DNA from: Candidatus Deferrimicrobiaceae bacterium
GTDB taxonomy: Bacteria; Desulfobacterota; Deferrimicrobia; Deferrimicrobiales; Deferrimicrobiaceae
Assembly: GCA_963792415.1 (NCBI GenBank)
Contig: CAWBVY010000004.1
Location: forward strand, 512,001-576,000
DNA: 64,000 bases
Direction of reading: 5' to 3'
Numbering within the stretch: position 1 is the stretch's first letter; the number at the start of each line of letters is the position of its first letter. Shown here piece by piece: positions 18,981 to 30,009 of this stretch. Both the position numbers and the translations under genes were made by a program. The notes under the pieces are model-generated. The model searched no databases. It saw only the letters and a program-made list of their open reading frames with translations, and had not been told where the DNA came from.

Positions 18981-19949
18981 ATGAGCGCGTTCGCGGGAAA
19001 GAGGATCCTGGTCACCGGCGGCGCGGGGTTCCTGGGGGGCCCGCTGATCCGGATCCTCGTGGAGCGGGGCGCGCGGCCGGAGGACGTCTCCGTTCCGGAG
19101 TACCCCCGCTTCGACCTTCGCCGCCCGGCGGATTGCGCGGACGTCGTGGCCGGCAGGGACCTCGTCCTCCACCTCGCCGCCAACGCCGGCGGGATCGGCT
19201 GGAACCGGGCGCACCCGGGGGCTCTCTTCTACGACAACGCCGCGATGGGAATCCACCTGATGGAGGAGTCCCGCAAGGCGGGCGTGAAGAAATTCGTCCA
19301 GATCGGCACCGTCTGCGCCTACCCGTTCCAGCCGCCGCGCATCCCGTTCCGCGAGGACGACCTCTGGGCCGGGTATCCCGAGCCGACCAACGCGCCGTAC
19401 GGGATCGCCAAGAAGGCGATGATGGTGATGGGGCAGGCGTACCGGGAGGAGTACGGCTTCAACGTGATCTACCTGCTCCCCGTGAACCTGTACGGCCCCC
19501 GCGACCATTTCTTCGAGCCGGAGAAGTCCCACGTCATTCCGGCGCTGATTCAGAAGTTCGTGGACGCCCGGGAATCCGGCGCGCCCGAGGTCGTGGTGTG
19601 GGGAAGCGGCCTCCATGAGGGCACCCCCGTCACCCGCGAATTCCTTTATGTGGACGACGCCGCGGAGGCGATCGCCCTCGCGGCGGAGCGGTACGATGAG
19701 CCGGCCCCCGTGAACATCGGCGCCGGGAGGGAGGTCCCCATCAACGACCTGATCGCGATGGTGTGCGGGATGACCGGCTACCGGGGGAAGATCGTCCGCG
19801 ACCTCACGAAGCCCGACGGCCAGCCCCGCCGCTGCCTCGATACTACCCGGGCGAAGGAGAAGTTCGGCTTCGTCGCCCGCACGCCGTTCGAGGAAGGGTT
19901 GCGCAGGACCATCGCGTGGTACGAGGAGGCGCGGCGGGGGCGTTCCTGA
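18981..19949 (+). CDS. fcl: GDP-L-fucose synthase
   Basis: AANAGGIG.N, PEPTNAPYGIAK, NLYGPRD, SHVIPALI, KPDGQPRR; follows gmd. Confidence 0.92.
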   Translation: MSAFAGKRILVTGGAGFLGGPLIRILVERGARPEDVSVPEYPRFDLRRPADCADVVAGRDLVLHLAANAGGIGWNRAHPGALFYDNAAMGIHLMEESRKAGVKKFVQIGTVCAYPFQPPRIPFREDDLWAGYPEPTNAPYGIAKKAMMVMGQAYREEYGFNVIYLLPVNLYGPRDHFFEPEKSHVIPALIQKFVDARESGAPEVVVWGSGLHEGTPVTREFLYVDDAAEAIALAAERYDEPAPVNIGAGREVPINDLIAMVCGMTGYRGKIVRDLTKPDGQPRRCLDTTRAKEKFGFVARTPFEEGLRRTIAWYEEARRGRS

Positions 19950-20176
19950 GGTCGATCCGACCGGTTCCCGGACACAAGGTTCTATAACCGGCCCGGCGCC
20001 GCGGGCTCCTCCGGTCTCCGCACGCTCCTTCCGTCCGGGATTCCTCCCGCAACTTCTTCCAGTACGGATGCTTTCCGGACCCGGCCCGCCGCCGCCCCCA
20101 TCCGCGCGTCCCCGGCCCGTCCTTTGCTCCCCCCTCCCGGCAACATGCCGCGCTGCGGCCCAGGGAGGGAGCGACG

Positions 20177-21106
20177 ATGAGGAAAGCGCTGCTGGTCGGC
20201 ATCAACCGGTACCCGGATCCGGGCCACGAGCTGAAGGGGTGCGTCAACGACGTCCGCCGGATGGCGGAAACGCTGAAAAGCCGGTACGGCTTCCCCGGCG
20301 ACGGGAACATGCGCATCCTCACCGACGCCCGCGCCACCACGAAGGGGATCCTCGACGGGCTCGCCTGGCTTACCGCGGGCGCCTCCCCGGGCGACTCCCT
20401 CGTCTTCCACTACTCCGGCCACGGCTCCCAGGTCCCCGACAAGGACGGCGACGAGACGACCGACCGGCTCGACGAGATCCTCTGCCCGTACGACCTCGAC
20501 TGGGACCACCCGCTCACCGACGACGACCTCGCCGCCGCCTGCACCAACCTCCCGGAAGGGGTCCTCCTCACCGTCATCCTCGACTGCTGCCACTCCGGCA
20601 CCGGCCTGCGCGACTTCGCCTTCTCCGGCAACCGGCATTACCTGCCCAGCCTCACGCGGCCTGCGAATCTTGTGCGCCCGGGCTGCGCCCGTCCGCGCGG
20701 AAATTTCGTCCGCCCCCGCGGCGTCGCACCGTCCGACGCCCCCGACCGGCACCGCTTCCTCCCGCACCCGGAAACGCCGCATCCGGTTGCGCCGCGCCCG
20801 CGCCGCCCCGCCCGCCGGTTCGGCGTCGGCATCACCCGCACCAACGCCGTGCTGATCGCCGCCTGCCGGGACGACCAGACCTCGGCCGACGCATGGATCG
20901 ACGGCGGCTATCACGGCGCCCACACGTTTTATCTCTGCCGCGCTCTCGCGAACGGGGCCCGCGACCTCACCTGCCGCGCCCTCGTCTCCGCCACCGGAAC
21001 CGCCCTCTCCCGCGCCGGCTTCGACCAGGTCCCACAGCTCGAGGGGCCCGCCCGCCTGCTCGCGAGCCCGGTGTTCCTCCCCCTTGCCGGAATTTCCCGG
21101 GTTTGA
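20177..21106 (+). CDS. Caspase-family (peptidase C14, metacaspase-like) protease
   Basis: KALLVGINRY, LKGCVND, FHYSGHG, ILDCCHSG, AACRDDQTSAD. Confidence 0.9.
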   Translation: MRKALLVGINRYPDPGHELKGCVNDVRRMAETLKSRYGFPGDGNMRILTDARATTKGILDGLAWLTAGASPGDSLVFHYSGHGSQVPDKDGDETTDRLDEILCPYDLDWDHPLTDDDLAAACTNLPEGVLLTVILDCCHSGTGLRDFAFSGNRHYLPSLTRPANLVRPGCARPRGNFVRPRGVAPSDAPDRHRFLPHPETPHPVAPRPRRPARRFGVGITRTNAVLIAACRDDQTSADAWIDGGYHGAHTFYLCRALANGARDLTCRALVSATGTALSRAGFDQVPQLEGPARLLASPVFLPLAGISRV

Positions 21107-21207
21107 TACTGTTTGCACATAATCCGGCGTACGCTCCATCCCAATGAAGCCTGCATTGCGTGCGCGCGCGGATGTCCCACATGGCGATGTCCGCGGGAGG
21201 ACTGTGC

Positions 21208-21702
21208 TTGGACCCGAAGTGGTACCTGGTCAAGACGAAAGCGCTCAATGAAACGCGGGTCCACACGCGCCTGACGGGCGCCGGCTACGAAGTCCTCTTC
21301 CCGAAAATCAGCAGGAAATCGAAACGCCACCGCGGCGTCTTCGAGATGCGCCCCCTCTTCCCGACGTACCTCTTCGTCCGGTTCCACGGCGACGAACTGA
21401 AAACGATCAAGTATACGCACGGCGTCGCCCGGGTGATCTGCTTCGGCCTGGAGCCCCACGAAGTGGACGAGGAGATCATCGCCGCCGTTCGCGCGCGGAT
21501 GAACGAGGAAGGGATCGTCAAGCTGGAGCCGAAACGGGTCATCCTGTCCCCCGGCCAGCGCGTGAAGATCGGGGAGGGCCCCTTCGCCGGCCTCGACGCG
21601 ATCTTCATCGAGGAGATGCCCGACCGCGAGCGGGTGGTCCTGCTCCTGGACGCCGTCTCCAGCTACCGGTTGACGGTCCAGAAGGATTCGCTCGAGCCTT
21701 AG
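21208..21702 (+). CDS. RfaH-like NusG-paralog antiterminator
   Basis: GGAGG plus TTG start; WYLVKTK, PLFPTYLFV, T.GV, KOW motif GQRVKIGEGPFAG. Confidence 0.88.
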   Translation: MDPKWYLVKTKALNETRVHTRLTGAGYEVLFPKISRKSKRHRGVFEMRPLFPTYLFVRFHGDELKTIKYTHGVARVICFGLEPHEVDEEIIAAVRARMNEEGIVKLEPKRVILSPGQRVKIGEGPFAGLDAIFIEEMPDRERVVLLLDAVSSYRLTVQKDSLEP

Positions 21703-21866
21703 TGCTGCGTTTCATAAATACGGTTGCATTCGAGGGCCGCTGCATCCGCCCCGGCTGCGTTGCGCTCCCTCACCGTACTTGCGCAGTACGCCTCGGTCGC
21801 GACGCCTTGCCGGATGCGGCGCATCGGCCCTCTCGGTGCGACACCGTATTTATGAAACGCAACACT
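21701..21866. mobile_element. Palindromic MITE-like element A
   Basis: 24-bp terminal inverted repeats with 1 mismatch (AGTGCTGCGTTTCATAAATACGGT / ACCGTATTTATGAAACGCAACACT), TTAG/CTAG junctions, no ORF. Confidence 0.75.
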
Positions 21867-22003
21867 AGTTCTCAAGGGGTTGAGGAGGTCCCCGAATTTG
21901 CCGGCTGTCGGCTTGAACTCTGATAACATAAAACGCTGTGTTGTGGAAACGGACCGCAGGTGGCACCGCCCGGCGGGCTCTCCCTGTTCCCGGAGGCCGC
22001 ATG

Positions 22004-22015
22004 GGCGGTAGCCTT
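22004..22015 (+). promoter_or_regulatory. ops-like element
   Basis: GGCGGTAGCCTT about 30 nt before the first gene of the polysaccharide operon, downstream of the RfaH-like gene. Confidence 0.65.
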
Positions 22016-22041
22016 CGCGTTTTCCGCCCCGGCGAATCGGG

Positions 22042-25000
22042 ATGACCATGCCTGAACGACACTTCCGGTTGCCCGCGCTCCTCTTCCTGCTCTTCGCGTT
22101 CCTCGGGGGGGTCGCCCTCGCCGCGGAAAACAGCGCGGGCGGGTCGCCGCAGGCGCTCCCCGCCGATCTCTCCCCGGAGCAGGCGGAGATGGCGAGGAAG
22201 TACCTCGAAGTCGAACCCGGAGACGCGCCAGGCACTCGAGGCCGCCCAGCAACGTAAAGAGCAGGAAGCCCAGGACGGGGTGAAACCGGGGGACGAGAGC
22301 GCCGACGGGGGGAAGAAGGACCTTGCCCCCGGGGCGGAAGGCGCCGCCTCGGCCGCGAAAGAGGACCGGTTCCCGTCCGGCTACGACTGGCGGAGATCCC
22401 CCTACGTCTCCCGCCTCTTCGGCTCCCGCCTCAAGGACGAGGAGAAGCGGCAGCTCGTCCACTTCGGCCACGAGCTGTTCGCCCCCCGGACCGACGTCGC
22501 CGTGGTTCTCGAAAACATGCCGGCGGTCCCCGGGTACGTCATCGGCCCCGGCGACGAAGTCGTCGTCCGGATGTGGGGCCGGATGGAGGGGACCCAGCGG
22601 CTGACGGTCGACCGCGACGGGAAGATCTTCTTCCCGAAGCTCGGCTCCTTCCGCGTCGCGGGGAAGACGTTCGAGGAGCTCAAAACCTTTCTCCAGGAGA
22701 AGGTCTCCGGCATCAAGGAGGTCCGCTCCGACGTCTCCCTCGGCCGGATGAAAGGCGTCCGCGTCTCCGTCATCGGGGAGGTCCGCGCCCCGGGGTGGTA
22801 CGACGTCTCCTCCCTCCACACCGCGCTCCAGGCGCTCTCCCTTGCCTCCGGGGTGAAGGACATCGGGTCCCTCCGCCGGATCGAGCTGCGCCGGGGAGGG
22901 AAGGCGGTCGAGACGATCGACCTCTACGATCTCCTGCTGAAGGGGGACGGGCGGTCCGATCTCCGTCTCCTCCAGGGGGACACGATCTTCGTCCCCGTGG
23001 TGGGGAAGCTGGTCGTCATCGCCGGCGAAGTGCGCCGGCCCGCCATCTACGAGCTTCGCGACGAGAAGCCGCTGCTGGACCTGGTCCGGGTCGCGGGCGG
23101 GTTCGCCCCCTCCGCCTGGAAGCAGCGCGTCCTGGTGGAGCGGCTCGAGGGGAACGCCTCCCGCGTCGTCCTCGACGCGAGCGTCGAGGACCTGGAGAAA
23201 GGGAAGGCGACGCTGGATCTCTCCGACGGCGACATCGTCCGCGTCTTCCCCATCCTCCCGGTGGACCTCAACGTGGTCACGCTGGAGGGGAACGTCTACC
23301 GCCCCGGGAAGTACGAGCTCAAGCCCGGGATGACCGTGGGCGCGCTCCTCAAGGACGCGATGGACTTCCGCCCCGAAACGTACTTCGACTACGCGCTCCT
23401 CACCCGCCTCGTTCCCCCGGACCTGCACAAGGAGGTCATCCCCGTAAACCTCCGGGAGATCGTGCTGGAGAAGAAGCCGGGGGCCGACGTCGCCCTTCAG
23501 GGGCGGGACAAGCTCACGGTCTACAACCGTTCGGCCTTCCGCGACCCGCCCAAGGCGACCATCTCCGGGGAGGTGCGGTTGACGCGCCAGCCGCCCGGAC
23601 AGCCGCCGAAGGCCGAGAGCCCGCTCCCGGGAGGACAAGGGCTGGAAAAACCTCCCGTGACGGAGAGTCCGTTCCCGGCCGGGTCGGGGCGGGAGAAACC
23701 GCTCAAGGCGGAGGAGTCGCTCGCGCCGGTGCCCGGGCTGGAACCGTGCGCCGAAGGCGGAGGGCCGGGTCGCGACCGGGAAAGTGGCCCTGGGGATGAA
23801 AAGCGAAAAGGACTTCCTCCTCTCCAAGCTGGCCGCGGAATCGAGGGTCGACAACAACGTCCTCACCGTCGAGATCCAGGCGGGGATGCGCGTGGCCGAC
23901 CTGGTCCGGATGGCGGGCGGCCTGACCCGCCTTGCGTACCTGGAGCGCGCCGAGGTCGTTCGCGTCGACGAGGACCGCACCTACCGGACGATCTACTTCC
24001 ACCTCGGAAGGGCGATCGCGGGCGACCCGGTCGAGAACCTCCTCCTTTCGAACGAGGACCACGTCCAGATCCACTCGATCCTGGAGACGCGCTTCAAGAA
24101 GACCGTGATGGCCGCGGGAGAGGTGAACAACGTCGGGGAATACGTCCTCACCGACGGGATGCGGCTTTCCGACCTTCTCTTCAAGGCCGGCGGGTTCAGG
24201 GAGGGCGCCTACACGAAAGAGGCGGAGGTCATCCGCAGGGAGGTCTCCCCGCAGGGGGACCTGGTCCGGACGCAGGCCCTGGTCGTCTTCCCGGAGAGGG
24301 CGCTTCGGAGGGAAGCGGACGCCGATATCCCCCTGAAAGAGCGCGACCTCCTGGTCGTCCGGCAGATCCCCGACTGGTCGGAGAAGATCCAGGTGGAGCT
24401 TGCGGGGGAGGTGCAGTTTCCCGGAATCTACGCCGCCCACAAAAGGGAGCGGCTGAGCTCGGTCGTCGAGCGCGCCGGGGGGTTCACGAACGGCGCGTAC
24501 CTGAAGGCCGCCCAGTTCACCCGCCGGTCCACACAGAAGGCCCAGCAGGAGGCGATCGACAAGCTGATCGACGACCTCGAGGTGGAGGTCGCGCAGAAGG
24601 GCCAGGCGGTGAGCGGCGCCATCGACAGGGAGGACGTGGAGGCGAACAAGCTGCTCCTCGAGGCCCGCCGCTCCCTCATCACCCAGCTGAAGAAAGCGAG
24701 GGCGAAGGGCCGGGTCGTCATCCAGCTGACCTCCGCCGACCAGCTGAAGGGGTCGACCGCCGACGTCCTCCTCGAGGACGGCGACCGGCTCGAGGTCCCC
24801 AAGAAGACGAACGTGGTCAACGTCGTCGGGCGCGTTTATAACCCGACGGGCGTCGTGTACGACCCCGCGAAAGATACCCTGGGCCACTACCTCAAGATGG
24901 TGGGAGGCCCCACGGAGAGCGCGGACCGGGACCACGTCTTCCTCCTCAAGGCGAACGGTTCGGTGGTCACCCGGGAGAACGCCGACGGCGGATTCTTCTC

Positions 25001-25163
25001 GACGGGCAAGCAGAGTCTCCTCTCGACCCGGGTGGACCCGGGGGACTCCATCGTCGTGCCCGAAAAGCTCCTTGATCCGCGCCTGATGAAGAACGCGAAG
25101 GACATCACCCAGATCCTGTTCCAGATCGCCGTGACGACCGGCGTCCTGATCGCGCTGTTCTGA
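22042..25163 (+). CDS. Multi-SLBB polysaccharide export protein (large Wza/KpsD-like); frameshifts near 22240 and 23780
   Basis: Signal peptide; FGHELF, YVIGPGDEV, repeated V.V.GEV..PG.Y..AGG SLBB units, PGDSIVVP. Confidence 0.85.
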
Positions 25164-25210
25164 CCGTTGGGACGATTGCGGATCACGCGTTCCGGCATCG
25201 ATAAACGACC

Positions 25211-26140
25211 ATGGGAAAAGAAGATACGGAGATCCAGGGCGGCAAGAGCGTGACGGAGGAGCGACCACCAATCCGATACGAGGAAGACGAAATCAACCTC
25301 GGGGAATATTTCGCCATCCTGCGCAAGGTTTGGTGGAAGATCGTCCTCTTTTCCCTGGCCGTGGGGCTCGTGACGCTCCTCGTGATGTTCCTGTTGCCGA
25401 ACATCTACCAGGCGACCGCCGTCCTCACCCCCGCGGTGGATGAGAAGAGGCCGAATCCCGCCCTGGGTCTTCTCGCCTCGTTGGGTGTCGATGTCGGAAG
25501 CCCGACCAAGGTGGAAGACCTGGAGACCCTCTTCAAGAGCAACGACCTCACCGTGCGGGTCTTCAGTAAATACAATCTGTGGCCGGTCGTTCTTCCGGAC
25601 AGATTCGATTCCGCTACAGGAAAGATGAAGTTCTGTTGGACGGACCGCCTGTTGGGTCGAGAAAAGGGGCCGAGGGCACCGGGCGACTGGGATGCCATAC
25701 GCGCCGCGAAAGATCGCTTGAAGGTTTTCGTCAACAGGAAGGCGAACACCGTTTCCGTTTCCTTCGAATCCCCGTCCGCGGAAGGTTCCGCCAACATCGT
25801 GAAGTATTATCTCGAGGAAGGGAAAAGCCGCCTCCAGGAGGAGGCTTTTGATCGCGCGATGAAGAACAAGAAATTCATCGAGGAACAGATCGGGAAGACG
25901 GTCGATGCCTTGACGCGGGATCGCCTCTATTCGCTTTACGGCCAGGAAGTCGAAAAGGAGATGATGGCCCGGAACCGGGAACAGTTCGGTTTCCGGGTGA
26001 TCGATTCTCCCCGGGCGCCGGACCGGAAGTCGGGGCCTCAGCGGTTCTTGACCGCCCTGCTCGTCGCAGTTCTCTCTTTCGTAGTTTCAAGCTTCCTTCT
26101 AACCGCTTGGTGGAAAAGGCGTCCTGTCAAATACCTTTAG
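25211..26140 (+). CDS. wzz: Wzz-like chain-length determinant
   Basis: EDEINL, N-terminal TM, PNIYQATA, VIDSPRAP..GP plus C-terminal TM. Confidence 0.85.
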   Translation: MGKEDTEIQGGKSVTEERPPIRYEEDEINLGEYFAILRKVWWKIVLFSLAVGLVTLLVMFLLPNIYQATAVLTPAVDEKRPNPALGLLASLGVDVGSPTKVEDLETLFKSNDLTVRVFSKYNLWPVVLPDRFDSATGKMKFCWTDRLLGREKGPRAPGDWDAIRAAKDRLKVFVNRKANTVSVSFESPSAEGSANIVKYYLEEGKSRLQEEAFDRAMKNKKFIEEQIGKTVDALTRDRLYSLYGQEVEKEMMARNREQFGFRVIDSPRAPDRKSGPQRFLTALLVAVLSFVVSSFLLTAWWKRRPVKYL

Positions 26141-26176
26141 TAACAATAATTTAGACTTTTAATTCAAATTTTACTT

Positions 26177-27065
26177 ATGGACAATAAAGTCAATGTTGTA
26201 CCATGGAGCGCTCATACTGCACATAATCATATCGTTTCTATTGTAAATTCATGCTTTGATAAATATGAAGAAGGAAAAATCATACGGATTCTTGATGTTA
26301 GATTTGGGAGTGGGAAGCTACTATGTCATCTTCTTGATTTTCTTAAATTCTCAAAACCTTGTTTACGATTGGAAGTATTTGGATTAGATGTGTTGGATTC
26401 TGGTGTTTCAGGATGTCGGCTTCATGGAAATAACAAGAGATTATCTTATTGAACGACATCCAGAACAGGATTGGCATAATAAACTTTTCATGATTTCAAC
26501 AAGAGATAAATGGCCATTTGAAAATAATAGTTTTGATTTTATACTTAGCAACATGGTTATGGAACACGTTTTTGACTTTGATTTGTTATTCAATGAAATT
26601 AGGCGTTGCTTAAGTCCAATAGGTTCCAGTATAAATTTGTTCCCAACACGTGAGGTGTTGTGGGAGGGGCATATACATATGCCGATAGTACATAAAGTGC
26701 GTAATGAAAAATTGCGCTCAAACATAATATATATCTTGGCGAATATCGGTTTCACAAAGTGCTATTATCTTGAGATGCAACGTCGTGGTTGGAAATCAAT
26801 AAAAGAATTCGCTTCTGTGTTTTCACACGTTTTGGAAAAAGACACTAATTATATTACACAAAAGCAACTTATAAATATTGCTCATCGTAATGGATTAGAT
26901 ATATCGTTTAAGAATACAAAAGATTTTTATATAATAAAAATTCTGTCTTTGTTTGGGAGGAAAAAATTAATTTGTAATGATTGGGGTCCGGCAGAAAATT
27001 TAATGTGTTTCTTTTTGAAATATCTTTCGGCTATTACTGTTAATCTTACAATAAAATATTCATGA
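26177..27065 (+). CDS. Class I SAM-dependent methyltransferase (AT-rich), frameshift near 26400
   Basis: RILDV.FGSG, FGLDV, WPFENNSFDFI.SN.V.EHV, E.HIH.P. Confidence 0.75.
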
Positions 27066-27208
27066 TTCTAAAAAATTATTCGGTTTGGCAAGGGTAAAAA
27101 AACGAGAGGGCGGTGATGCGGTAATAAATATTCGCAAATCGTCACATTTCTTTCCATTACCCTGAAGAGAATCTCTTGGCTCTCCCCACCGGAAAACGAA
27201 GCCCCCCG

Positions 27209-28668
27209 TTGACTAGCGGAGTAGTGCTCGCGAGGAATACCCTCTGGAATTTTGCCGGCTTGAGTGTGCCAATGTTTGTCGCCCTCGTTAGTATCCCGGT
27301 TATCGTCAGGCGGGTTGGGACGGAAAGGTTCGCGGGATGCTGAACCTCGCCTGGATGGTGATCGGCTACTTCACCCTGTTCGACCTCGGGCTGGGGAGGG
27401 CTCTCACGAAACTTGTGGCCGAGAAACTGGGACAAGAACGGCGGGACGATCTCCCCGCGCTAGTCTGGACCGCTTCGGTCCTGATGCTGGCTTTGGGGGG
27501 GGTGGGTGGTATCGTCCTCGGCTTGCTAGCCCCCTTCCTCGTGGCTCACACGTTTAAGGTGCCGGCCGGGATGCAGGAAGAATTACTGGGGACTTTCTAC
27601 CTCCTTGCCGCGGCGGTCCCGATGGTCATTAGCACCACTGGCCTACGGGGGATTCTCGAAGCCCACCAGCGATTCGATCTTTCCAATCGTCTCCGCGTTT
27701 TCATGGGAGTCGTTACGTTCCTAGGACCTTTGCTGGTCTTGCCCTTCTCCAGCGATCTGTTCTGGATAATCCTTGCCCTAGTTGCGGGACGTCTTGTTGC
27801 ATGGGGTGGTCATTTGTATTTCTGTCTCCAAATCATGCCAGGATTGAAATCGAGGATCTCTATGGAACGTTCCATGGTTCGTCCTCTACTGAAATTCGGC
27901 GGATGGATGACGGTGAGCAACGTCATCAGCCCGCTGATGGTATCCCTGGACCGCTTCCTGATCGGCGCCCTTATCTCCATGACTGCCGTGGCCTATTACT
28001 CGACGCCATGGGAAATTGTGACCAAGTTTCTGGTGATCCCAGGGGCGGTCGTCGGTGTTCTCTTCCCCGCCTTCAGCGCCGCCTTCGACCAGGATTCCCA
28101 ACGGGCCGGCCGGTTGTACCTACGGGGCCTGAAATATGTGTTCCTTTCCATGTTCCCGCTGGTGCTTCTGGTCGTTTCCTTCGCAAAAGAAGGGCTGTAC
28201 CTTTGGTTGGGCCCCGAGTTCGCCGAAAACGGGTTCCGGATCATGCAGTTACTGGCGGTCGGAATCCTCGTGATTGGCGTGGCAGGCATTCCCTTTGCGT
28301 TCATCCAGGGGATGGGGCGTCCCGATGTCACCGCGAAATTTCACATGGTGGAAGCGGTTATTTACATCCCGTGCGCTTGGTGGCTCGTCAAGGGATACGG
28401 CCCAACGGGGGCGGCTCTTGCCTGGACGCTCCGGGCAGGGGCGGATGCGCTTTTCCTGCTTCTGTTCGCCAAGAAGTTTCTGTTGGGAGAGCACGCGCGA
28501 TACAAGGTTCATGCGGTATGCGCGGTGTCATCAGTTGGGGTTTTGATCTTGGCGATGGTGTCTCTGCCATTTGCCGTAAAACTTCCCTTTGTCGGGTTGG
28601 CCTTAACTGCATTCTTTCTTACAGCGTGGCATTGGGGCGTAGAGGTGGAGGAGAAGTCGCTATATTAA
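27209..28668 (+). CDS. wzx: Wzx flippase, 5' frameshifted
   Basis: LARNTLWN, FDLGLGRALTKLVA, FGGWMTVSNVISPLMVSLDRFLIG; many TM segments. Confidence 0.85.
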
Positions 28669-28723
28669 CGACAAAGTGCGAAACTTACTGAAATATTTCT
28701 ACGCGGAGGAGTGAAGGTTCAGC

Positions 28724-29958
28724 ATGACATTGCTGGTCTATTTCCATCCTTCTCGCCCAAGCGATACTCATATACAGCGTCGCTGGCTCGGGACTCTTTC
28801 CCCCGGTTTTGTACGCATTCTACTGGGCCAGTGTCGTAGCGCTCTCGACGGTGATCCGATTCGGCGATTACTCGATTACCGTCGATGCGTTGATGGTGTT
28901 CTTGGTCGGTTCGATGGTGTTTTCGATCGGCGGTTTTGTCGCAATGAGGTGCATTGGGCGGGGGATTCGAGGGAGCCGATATCACCTTTACGGAAACGCT
29001 TCATCCAGAACTTCATCATCGCCTATAGTGTTGCACTCCTCGCACTCGTCCCGTTGTTTTTCAGTACCCTAAGAAATGTCGTTGACATGTTGGGGTTAGA
29101 TGGGTTGGCGGTAGCGGTGCGTTTTGCTTTCGGGGATAGAGACCGAGCAGGAATTCCACGGATCTTTCTAGCTTGACGTCGGTGGGTGGAATCCTGGCTT
29201 ATTGTGCTGCGTGGCTTTATGAAGACACACGCCGGGACAAGGTCGTGCTTTGGGTGGCAATCATTGCACCTCTGATAATGAACATATTGACCTTCGCACG
29301 GACTCCGATCTACATGCTGTTGAGCGGAGTCATGGCCATCATGTTGTTCCGGAATACCATACGGAAACGTCTCGTCCTTGCGTACGCATTGCTTGGGATC
29401 TCACTCGGTATATGCATTGGGGTGGTTTTGGGGAAGGGGCCGGAGTTCGATTCCGGAAAATCTTCCTTACATGCCGATCGTGCAGTACGTGGCAAGTCTA
29501 CTTCGTGGGGGCCCAGTTGGGTTCGGTCATGTCATGGAGTTTTCTGCCTGAGTAGGAGAATGGGGTTGTCTTTGAGATTCTTCACCCAGGCTGCGTCGTC
29601 CTTCGGCGCGGATATCACACTTCCCAATATCGTTCTGGGGTACTTCAGTGATGTCTTAGGGAACATCTACACGATTTATTTCGCTTATTGGCTCGATTGG
29701 GGATGGTGGGGGATCCTCATTATATCATTCATCATGGGGTCCCTCTGCACGGCAGTGTACAGGTTCGCGAGGATGGGGAACCCCGCAGCTGGCGTTGCCT
29801 TCGGCCTGGTAACGGGCTCCATACTGAATTCGGCAACCGGGGATGGAATCTTCGGGTCATCGGTGCCGTGGCTCCTCATTCTCTCGGTTGTAGGGTTTCT
29901 TTGGAATGTCCCTATCATCTCTTGCAGGTTTTCCCGGCAGCCGACCCTCGAGGTGTAG
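28724..29958 (+). CDS. wzy: Wzy-like O-antigen polymerase, several frameshifts
   Basis: Hydrophobic fragments across frames; NIYTIYF..DWGWWG motif; position in a wzx/wzz cluster. Confidence 0.65.
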
Positions 29959-30009
29959 GGATTCCCAGGGAATGGCATCGAGTTACTTGGTTGTCTGCAT
30001 GTCCGGGTT

